A stretch of DNA of 64,000 nt. Source: Polyangiales bacterium (GTDB lineage Bacteria > Myxococcota_A > Polyangia > Polyangiales > Houyiibacteriaceae). The number at the start of each line of letters is the position of its first letter. Within the stretch, counting starts at the first letter, position 1. The position numbers and the translations under genes were made by a program. Under the pieces are notes generated by a model. That model was not told the DNA's origin, did not search any database, and saw only the letters and a program-made list of their open reading frames with translations. Where the stretch lies: the NCBI GenBank assembly GCA_046351215.1, contig JAXLYX010000019.1, positions 1 to 64,000 on the forward strand, in the 5' to 3' direction. Of the stretch, positions 57,415-64,000 are shown in pieces.

Positions 57415-58830
57415 ATGACTTCGCCGAAGACACTCCCCATGCGTCCGGAAGCCTGGATCGACGCCCTCGTCGATCCGGGCTCCTTCCTGCCCATCCAATC
57501 CGCTCCCCCGGGCGCCGAAGGCTGTGCGTACGGTCCCGAGGTGGTGACGGGCCTCGCGCGCGTGCGCGGCCGACCGATCGCCGTCTACGCGATCGATCCC
57601 CAGGTCGACAAAGGCTTCGTCACGTCGCGGGGCGCGATCAAGATCCGCTCCTTGATGGATCGGGCCGAGCAGCTCGGGGTGCCGATCGTCGCCTTCCTCG
57701 CCTCGGCGGGCGTCTCGGTCGAGGAGGGCCTCGCGAGCGGCGATGCCTACACGCGCGTGATCACGGCGAACATCCGCCTCTCGGGCGTCGTCCCGCAGCT
57801 CGCCGTCGTGATGGGCGTGACGATGGGCGCGCCCGCGTACTCCGCGACGCTCATGGACTTCGTGCTCTTCCACAAGTCGCGGAGCCATCTGATGGTCACG
57901 GCGCCCGCGGTCGTGCAGCGCATGCTCGGTCAGAGCCCCACGCTCGCCGAGCTCGGTGGCGCGGACTTGCACGCGACCAAGACCGGAATCGTCGACTTCG
58001 TCGATCCGGCTCCGCTGGTGCAGATCGAACGCACGAAGGAGCTCCTCGCCTACCTTCCGTCGAATCGACTCGAGGACGTGCCTCCGCGCTCCGCACGCGA
58101 GCCGAGCGAGGCCCTTCCGGCGATCCCGTCGCGCCCCGACGTCGCCTTCGATGCGACGACGATGCTCGCCGGGCTCCTCGACGGCTCGCGCTTCTTCGAG
58201 GTCGGCGAGGGCATCGGAGGCGCGATCCTCGTCGGCTTCGGCAGCCTCGGAGGCCACGTCGTCGGTCTCGTCGCGAACCAGAGCCTCGTCGGCAGCGGCG
58301 CGATCGACGCGGATGCCGCACGGAAGGCCGCTCGCTTCCTGCGGATCTGCGACGCGTACAACGTCCCGGTGCTGAACCTCATCGACGTGCCGGGCTTCAT
58401 GCCCGGGGCCGAGGAGGAATCGAAGGGCCTGCTCCGCCATGGCGCGGCGCTCTGCCAGGCGATGTACACCTCGGTTCCCCGCCTGAGCGTCGTGGTGCGC
58501 AAGTGCTACGGCGCGGCGGCCTTCGTGATGCTCCAGACGAAGAGCCAGGAAGGGGACGTCGTCCTCGCCCTCGAGGGGAGCCGCATCGCCGTGATGGGCT
58601 TCGACGCGGCGAAGCACGTCGTCTACCCGGACGCGACGGAGCCCGAGGACGAGCTCCGCGAGCGCTACTACCGCGACTACGAATCCCCCGCGAACGCCTT
58701 CCGCCAGGGGCTCGTCGACGAGATCGTCGCTCCGCAGGCGATCCGCGAGCGCCTCGTCCAACACCTCGGCTGGCTCGCGCGCAAGAAGGACCGGCCCCAG
58801 GTCGCGCGTCGCCACCTCATCGCGCCCTGA
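57415..58830 (+). CDS. Acyl-CoA carboxylase carboxyltransferase subunit (propionyl-/methylmalonyl-CoA carboxyltransferase family)
   Basis: Two crotonase-like halves with 'GGADLHATKTGIVDFV', 'GGAILVGFGSLGG', 'PVLNLIDVPGFMPG'. Divergent from the biotin carboxylase / acyl-CoA dehydrogenase operon across a 54-bp intergenic region. Confidence 0.85.
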   Translation: MTSPKTLPMRPEAWIDALVDPGSFLPIQSAPPGAEGCAYGPEVVTGLARVRGRPIAVYAIDPQVDKGFVTSRGAIKIRSLMDRAEQLGVPIVAFLASAGVSVEEGLASGDAYTRVITANIRLSGVVPQLAVVMGVTMGAPAYSATLMDFVLFHKSRSHLMVTAPAVVQRMLGQSPTLAELGGADLHATKTGIVDFVDPAPLVQIERTKELLAYLPSNRLEDVPPRSAREPSEALPAIPSRPDVAFDATTMLAGLLDGSRFFEVGEGIGGAILVGFGSLGGHVVGLVANQSLVGSGAIDADAARKAARFLRICDAYNVPVLNLIDVPGFMPGAEEESKGLLRHGAALCQAMYTSVPRLSVVVRKCYGAAAFVMLQTKSQEGDVVLALEGSRIAVMGFDAAKHVVYPDATEPEDELRERYYRDYESPANAFRQGLVDEIVAPQAIRERLVQHLGWLARKKDRPQVARRHLIAP

Positions 58831-58836
58831 GGAGCC

Positions 58837-60333
58837 TCACCAGGGGACGGGCTTGTAGTCCTTGAGGAAGAGGCCGTAGAAGTGCTCGCCCGTGTTCGCC
58901 CCGTGGAAAATCGGGTCGACGATGCGGGCGGCTCCGTCGACGATGTCGAGCGGGGGATGGAAGCCGGTCTCGACCGTCTTCCGCTCCGCGAGGTGCGCCG
59001 GATCCTCGTCCGTCACCCAGCCCGTGTCGACGCTGTTCATGTGGATCCCGTCCTTCACGTAATCGTGCGCGGAGGTGCGGGTCATCATGTTGAGCGCGGC
59101 CTTCGCCATGTTCGTGTGCGGATGGCGATCGGTCTTGTACGTCCGGTAGAACTGCCCCTCCATCGCCGAGACGTTGACGATGTGCTTGTCCCGCTCGGGC
59201 GTGCGGAGCATCAGGGGCTTGAGCCGGGCGTTCATCACGAAGGGCGCGATCGCGTTCACGAGCTGCACCTCGAGCAGCTCCACCGTGGGCACCTCGGCGA
59301 GGGTGAGGCGCCAGCTGTTCACGCGGCGGAGGTCGCGCTGCTGGAGGTCCGCGTCGAGCGAGCCTTCGGGGAAGATCGCCCCTCCCCGCAGGTGGTCCTC
59401 GTCGAGGAGCGCGAGCTGCGAGAGCTCGGCCGCATGCGTGAGGCCGACCGCCAGGGGCGCGCTGCCGGCGACGGAGAGCGAGGCTCCCTCCACCATGTCG
59501 GGCGCGGCCAGCGTCCCCCGGACGTCCGCGGGGAGCGCCTCGGCCGATTGCCGCTCGGCTTCGAGCAGATGCGCGTAGAAGCCCGCCGGCCGACGCACGG
59601 TCTGGCAGGCGTTGTGGATGACGTGATCGAGCCTCGGCTCGGTCTCGAGCAGGTGCGCACAGAAGGCCTCGACGCTCGGCGTGTGCCGCAGATCGAGGCC
59701 GTGGATCGAGAGCCGATCGCGGAATCCCGCGTAGTCCGGCTCGCGCGCGTAGCGGAGCGCGGCGTCCTTCGGGAAGCGCGTCGTCACGATCACGCGGGCT
59801 CCCGCGCGGAGGAGGAGCATCGACGCCTGGTAGCCGATCTTCACCCGGGCGCCGGTGATCAGCACGGTGCGGCCGCGCAGATCGGCGGTCTGGCTCCGCT
59901 TCGCGAAGTTGAAGTCACCGCACTCGCCGCACATCTGATCGTAGAAGGAATGCGCCGTGCGGTAGCGGACCTTGCAGACGTAGCACTTCCGCTCTTCGAA
60001 CAGCTCGCGCTCCTCCTCGGCCTCCACGGGCGGAGGGAGGATCGGTCCCGGCCCCGGCGTCACGAAGACGGGCGCGCTCCTGAGGGTGCGGATGCCCGTG
60101 GACGAGAGGACGCGCTCGTCCGCGTCCTTCACGCGCTGCTTGTCGCGCTTGCGGAAGGCCTTCGCCGTCGCCCGCTTCGCCTGGGCATCCGGGAAGAGGA
60201 ACTCCCCGGCGGCGTGCATCAGCCGATGGCGCGTCTCGTCGTCGATGCCCACGAGACGCGTGCGGTCCTCCGCCATCGCCTCGAGGAAGGCGAGGGCGGC
60301 TTCGGCCTGCGCTTGCAAGGGCGGCTTCGTCAC
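58837..60333 (-). CDS. SDR-family oxidoreductase with N-terminal Cys4 zinc-ribbon extension
   Basis: 'CYVCKVRYRTAHSFYDQMCGECGDFNFAKR' (CxxC...CxxC), then 'VLITGARVKIGYQASMLLL' Rossmann and 'YRTYKTDRHPHTNMAKAALN' (YxxxK). Confidence 0.7.
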   Translation of the reverse strand: MTKPPLQAQAEAALAFLEAMAEDRTRLVGIDDETRHRLMHAAGEFLFPDAQAKRATAKAFRKRDKQRVKDADERVLSSTGIRTLRSAPVFVTPGPGPILPPPVEAEEERELFEERKCYVCKVRYRTAHSFYDQMCGECGDFNFAKRSQTADLRGRTVLITGARVKIGYQASMLLLRAGARVIVTTRFPKDAALRYAREPDYAGFRDRLSIHGLDLRHTPSVEAFCAHLLETEPRLDHVIHNACQTVRRPAGFYAHLLEAERQSAEALPADVRGTLAAPDMVEGASLSVAGSAPLAVGLTHAAELSQLALLDEDHLRGGAIFPEGSLDADLQQRDLRRVNSWRLTLAEVPTVELLEVQLVNAIAPFVMNARLKPLMLRTPERDKHIVNVSAMEGQFYRTYKTDRHPHTNMAKAALNMMTRTSAHDYVKDGIHMNSVDTGWVTDEDPAHLAERKTVETGFHPPLDIVDGAARIVDPIFHGANTGEHFYGLFLKDYKPVPW

Positions 60334-60360
60334 GCGCGCGGGCTAGCACGATCGGAGGGG

Positions 60361-60792
60361 CTAGGCCCGGGGACACCATCCGCCGCCGCGTTGGCGCGTC
60401 CGATGCTCGGGACGCAGCTCGCTCCGCGCGTCGGCCGAGAGCAGCTCGCAGGGCTCGAACCAATGGAGGGTGCGCGCCTCCTCGAGGAGGGGAGGGATCT
60501 CGCCCTCGAACTCGGCGATCTCGGGACAGCGTGCATGCCAGAGCGCGAGCGGATCGGGCACGTCGGCGAAGCAGAGGACCTCCTTCACGCCGCCGTTGCA
60601 GTTCGTCGCGACGACGAGGACGGGGCCGGGAAGGAGGCTCGGGGGCTGCGCGACGCGGAGGATCACGTCGTGGTGGAACTCGCCCTGCGCGTGGTGGGCG
60701 ACGAGGTCGAAGCGGCCGACGTGGGCGTGGAGAAGCTCGAGCAACGAGCCGAGGGTCAGGGTGGAAGCGAGGGTTTCGACGAAGGAAGGCAT
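60361..60792 (-). CDS. Hypothetical protein (143 aa)
   Basis: Non-repetitive ORF upstream of the zinc-ribbon SDR on the same strand. No recognisable motif. Could be a GC-driven artefact. Confidence 0.3.
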   Translation of the reverse strand: MPSFVETLASTLTLGSLLELLHAHVGRFDLVAHHAQGEFHHDVILRVAQPPSLLPGPVLVVATNCNGGVKEVLCFADVPDPLALWHARCPEIAEFEGEIPPLLEEARTLHWFEPCELLSADARSELRPEHRTRQRGGGWCPRA

Positions 60793-61058
60793 GTCCCGAT
60801 CTACGTCCGACGCCTCGCCGGCATTCCCGTAGCGCAGGATACGGACACCGCGTCATCCGAGAGTTACGACGCACGGACGAGGACGAGCGGCCGACGAATC
60901 CCCCAATCATTCCGATGGCAATTGACCGGGACGGACAGGAAATCCCAGCCCTGGGGTGTTCCTGTCGACGACACGGTCCTACACGGTCACCAGCGCCTCG
61001 GGGGCCCCGGCCCCCCGCGCGAACGACGGCCTCGCGGCCGTATCCTCGATCGAGACCG

Positions 61059-61859
61059 ATGAACAAGGCCCTCCCGATCGTCTTCGACGTCCTCTACTGG
61101 CTCTTCTTCGTCGTCGTGTACACGGCGGCCGGGGCCGCGGGGCTCGGCGTCGCCTCGGCGCTCTGGGGCTCGTCGCTCGGTGCGCACGCCTTCGCGATCG
61201 CGCTCGGGTGGATCGTCTTCCTCCACGCGTTCGTCGTCGTCCTCGGCCTGCTCCGGCTCCTCGTGCAGCCCGCGCTCGAGGAAGGCGTTTCGCCGATCGG
61301 CGCGAACAAGGGCTACGTGGCCTGGGGCTTCCACTCGGTCTTCCAGGGCCTCTACCTCGCGGCGCCGTTCCGCGAGCAGATCCACTTCCTCTTCACGCTG
61401 CGCTACCTGCACTACCGCCTCTCGGGGATGAAGCTCCATCTCTCGAACGTGATCGGCACGGGCGCCGAGCTCCGGCAGGTCGAGCTGATCGAGATCGGCG
61501 AGAAGACGGTGATCGGCATCCGCGCGGCGATGAGCTGCCACCTCAACGCCGACGGGAAGTCGCATCGTCAGGCGCGCATCCGCGTCGGGCGCGAGAGCCT
61601 GATCGGTGCGCTCGCGCAGATCGGTCCGGGCGTCACGATCGGCGATCGCTGCGTGATCGGGGCCTCGAGCACGATCTCGCCCGACGTGCGGATCGGGAAC
61701 GACGTGAAGATGGGGCCCGGGTGCATCGTGCGCTCGGGCCTGACGGTCGGTGACGGTGCGCGCCTCGCCGCCGGCTCGATCGTCGTCTCCGACGTGCCGG
61801 CCGGAGCCTCGCTCGCCGGCAATCCCGCGGTGCCGCTCGTCAAGGAGGCCTCGCGATGA
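61059..61859 (+). CDS. Membrane-anchored hexapeptide-repeat (left-handed beta-helix) acyl/acetyltransferase
   Basis: Two N-terminal TM helices, then hexapeptide repeats 'IGEKTVIGIRAAM', 'IGDRCVIGASSTI', 'IGNDVKMGPGCIV', 'VGDGARLAAGSIV'. Confidence 0.7.
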   Translation: MNKALPIVFDVLYWLFFVVVYTAAGAAGLGVASALWGSSLGAHAFAIALGWIVFLHAFVVVLGLLRLLVQPALEEGVSPIGANKGYVAWGFHSVFQGLYLAAPFREQIHFLFTLRYLHYRLSGMKLHLSNVIGTGAELRQVELIEIGEKTVIGIRAAMSCHLNADGKSHRQARIRVGRESLIGALAQIGPGVTIGDRCVIGASSTISPDVRIGNDVKMGPGCIVRSGLTVGDGARLAAGSIVVSDVPAGASLAGNPAVPLVKEASR

Positions 61860-63397
61860 GCCTTCGTCCTCCTCCCTTCGTGCTCCGCTTCGTCGCGCGC
61901 CGCCTCGAGGCCGAGCAGGCACGCCTGCACGCGGATGCCGAGCGCTCGCAGGACGCGCTGCTCCGGAAGATCCTGCGCCTCGCGCGCGACACCGAGCTCG
62001 GCCGCATGCTCGGCATCGCCGACGTGCGCGACTCGGCGGACTTCGCCGCGCGCATCCCGGCGCGCACGGCGAAGGATTTCCTCTCCCTCTGGGATCGCGC
62101 GGCCCGCGAGAACCCGCCAGGCGTCGTCCATCCGAAGAAGCTCGAGTACGTCGCGCTCTCGGGCGGCACGAGCGGCGTCGACAAGCTCATCCCCTTTCCG
62201 GACGAGCATTTCGCGACGATGCGTCGGTTCACGAACCACGCGTTCTTCCACGCCTTCCACGCCCTCGACGACTACACGCTGCTCTCGTCGAACATCCTCG
62301 TCACCTCGGGGCCGCCGATCCGCGAGGTCCTCCCGAGCGGCGTCACCGTGGGCTACGGCAGCGGGCTCGCGAGCGTGAAGTCGCCTCGCTTCGCACGCTC
62401 CGTGATCCGCCCCACGCCCGAGGTCCTCGGGATCCCGGGTTGGCAGGAGAAGATCGCGGGGATGGTCGACGAGAGCCTCGACCTCGACATCCGGGCGCTC
62501 ACCGGGATGCCGAACGCGGTCGTGCCGCTCCTCGAGCAGCTCCTCGCGACGGCCAGGGCGAGGGGCCGCAAGGCCGAGGTCGCGACCGACGTCTGGCCGA
62601 ACCTCCGCCTCTACGCCTTCTCCGGCTCGTCGCTCGTGCCCTGGGAGTCGCGCATCCGCGCCCTGCTCGGCGAGCGCGTCCACACCTTCGAGGTCTATTC
62701 GTCGTCCGAGGCTCCGATCGCCTTCCAGCATCGGATCGGCGAGCCGGGCCTCCTCGTCGACCTCTCCGCGACGTACCTCGAGTTCGAGCCCGTCGACGGT
62801 CCGAAGCTCCCGCGCAAGCGGATCCACGAGGTCGAGGTCGGCGTGACCTACGACATCGTCGTCACCTCCTTCGCCGGCTGCATCGCCTACAAGCTCGGCG
62901 ATCGCGTCGAGTTCCTCTCGACGGATCCCTACGTGCTCCGCTTCGCCGGTCGCGATCGCGAGGAGATGAACCTCGTGGCGGAGCATCTCGCGCTCCCGGG
63001 CTTGCGGACGGCGCTCCACGACACGGCGGCGGAGCACGGCGTACGCGTGCACCAATTCTTCGTCTGCCCTTCGAAGCCCGCCGACGAGGGCTCGGTCACG
63101 TACGAGTGGGTCGTCGAATTCGACGGTGCCGAGCCGGCCGATCGCGGAGCCTTCGTCGCCTCGCTCGATCGCCGCGTCGCGGACGGAAGCAAGATCTACG
63201 CGGCCGCGCGCAGGAACGATTCGCTCCTCGCGATGCCCCTCGTCACTGTCTTGCCGAAGGGGACGATCGAGTCCTACGTGCTCGACCGCCTCGCGTTCGG
63301 TCAATCGAAGGTCGTGCACACGTACGCCGACCGACGCGTCCCCGACGCGCTCCTCGCCTACGCGGCGGAGCGCCCTCCCGGAGCTCTTCATGGATGA
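61856..63397 (+). CDS. GH3-family (auxin-responsive-promoter-type) acyl acid amido synthetase-like adenylating enzyme
   Basis: 'YVALSGGTSGVDKLIPF' (GH3/ANL 'SSGTSG' motif), 'FFVCPSKPADEGSVTYEWVVEF', about 513 aa. ATGA overlap with the upstream transferase. Confidence 0.7.
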   Translation: MSLRPPPFVLRFVARRLEAEQARLHADAERSQDALLRKILRLARDTELGRMLGIADVRDSADFAARIPARTAKDFLSLWDRAARENPPGVVHPKKLEYVALSGGTSGVDKLIPFPDEHFATMRRFTNHAFFHAFHALDDYTLLSSNILVTSGPPIREVLPSGVTVGYGSGLASVKSPRFARSVIRPTPEVLGIPGWQEKIAGMVDESLDLDIRALTGMPNAVVPLLEQLLATARARGRKAEVATDVWPNLRLYAFSGSSLVPWESRIRALLGERVHTFEVYSSSEAPIAFQHRIGEPGLLVDLSATYLEFEPVDGPKLPRKRIHEVEVGVTYDIVVTSFAGCIAYKLGDRVEFLSTDPYVLRFAGRDREEMNLVAEHLALPGLRTALHDTAAEHGVRVHQFFVCPSKPADEGSVTYEWVVEFDGAEPADRGAFVASLDRRVADGSKIYAAARRNDSLLAMPLVTVLPKGTIESYVLDRLAFGQSKVVHTYADRRVPDALLAYAAERPPGALHG

Positions 63398-64000
63398 GAC
63401 GTTCTGCCGCATCGCCCTCCTGACGGGGCTCGTGGTCTTCACCCTCCTCGCCGTCGTGCTGCCCGTGATCCGCCATCGGATCCGCCACGGCTCCGGCACC
63501 GGCTTCGTGCTCGCCCAGGTCACGGATCCCGTCGGCAAGGTCGTCGGCGTCGCGATCACGACGAACACGAACCTCGTCGGTCTCTTCGGCTTCGTCTTCT
63601 TCTTCTTCGGCCCGGGGCCGGTCCAGGTCTGGACGTGGGTCCCCTCGGCCGTCTCCTACCTCGGCGTCGCGTGCATGGTCGCGTCGACCGCCGTGATCGT
63701 CACGGCCCAGGCGCAGATGGGGAAGCACTGGCGGATGTGCATCGACAACGTGCCGACCGGGCTCGTGACGAGCGGTCTCTTCGGCTTCGTCCGCAACCCG
63801 ATCTACCTCGGCACCATCCTCTTCAACACGGGCGTCGCGCTCCTCGCCCCGAGCCCTTGGACGCTCTGCTTCCTCTGGATGGGCGGGACGCTCGTCGCGC
63901 TCCAGGCCCGGCTCGAGGAGAAGCATCTGCTCGCGCTCCACGGCGATGCGTACCGTGCCTACGCCGCCTCGGTCGGCCGTTTCTTCCCGGGCCTCGGCAC
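63390..64000 (+). CDS. Isoprenylcysteine carboxyl methyltransferase (ICMT/PEMT) family membrane methyltransferase, 3'-truncated by the window edge
   Basis: Multi-TM protein with 'LVTSGLFGFVRNPIYLG' (ICMT/PEMT signature) and 'EEKHLLALHGDAYRAY' (conserved E...H...Y region). Start ATG overlaps the GH3 stop. No stop before position 64000. Confidence 0.7.
   Translation, partial: MDETFCRIALLTGLVVFTLLAVVLPVIRHRIRHGSGTGFVLAQVTDPVGKVVGVAITTNTNLVGLFGFVFFFFGPGPVQVWTWVPSAVSYLGVACMVASTAVIVTAQAQMGKHWRMCIDNVPTGLVTSGLFGFVRNPIYLGTILFNTGVALLAPSPWTLCFLWMGGTLVALQARLEEKHLLALHGDAYRAYAASVGRFFPGLG

Noticed and set aside
57391-58815. 474-aa minus-strand ORF
   Set aside because: Exactly antisense to the carboxyltransferase gene, which has clear family motifs. 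No motifs of its own.
60938-60979. Nested inverted repeat GACAGGAA...TTCCTGTC with inner CCAG-CC-CTGG upstream of the hexapeptide transferase gene
   Set aside because: Arms are short (8 bp) with one mismatch in the extended stem. Could be regulatory, but the evidence is too thin to report as a feature.

Overview
High-GC (about 70%) chromosomal segment with the gene content and organisation of a myxobacterial/deltaproteobacterial genome. GTG/TTG starts and ATGA/GTGA start-stop overlaps are common. There are no rRNA, tRNA, CRISPR or obvious mobile elements. Many of the very long ORFs in the six-frame track are GC-driven artefacts that run antisense to real genes. I can support about 50 CDSs. 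Housekeeping genes are interspersed: trxC, ilvD, metY, rpe, ppc, dapF, ligA, lplT, dbpA-like helicase and a Lon-like protease. There is a flotillin/NfeD operon with a sigma-54 -24/-12 promoter and a divergent sigma-54 activator, and a second FHA-type sigma-54 activator plus a MASE1 hybrid histidine kinase. There are c-di-GMP/two-component genes: a globin-coupled GGDEF protein tightly linked to a stand-alone SIR2-like protein, and a dapF-coupled pair of response regulators (degenerate GGDEF, DUF4388). Three blocks look accessory or unusual. (1) A divergent eukaryotic-type squalene synthase / squalene monooxygenase pair at 34.7-37.4 kb, flanked by ACGTG-containing direct repeats and a dense GTGCACG/CACGTG tandem array, and followed by START/SRPBCC-like and unknown proteins. 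This points to a sterol-type triterpenoid pathway entry. (2) A translationally coupled lipid-biosynthesis and export locus at 40.8-52.6 kb: LolA-like protein, outer-membrane protein, ACP, AMP-ligase, FabH/OleA-like KAS III, SDR, alpha/beta-hydrolase, heme-oxygenase-like oxidase, second ACP, MMPL/RND exporter, with a convergent FadL-like porin. Its enzyme set resembles OleABCD/beta-lactone-type head-to-head condensation chemistry with extra components, and I consider it the best candidate for an undescribed system. (3) A divergent acyl-CoA carboxylase / acyl-CoA dehydrogenase cluster with an apparent frame break between the biotin-carboxylase and biotin-carrier parts. At the 3' end there is a membrane hexapeptide acyltransferase / GH3-like amido synthetase / ICMT-family methyltransferase operon. 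All functional calls come from motif recognition by eye; no database searches were run. Coordinates come from the ORF track plus codon counting.
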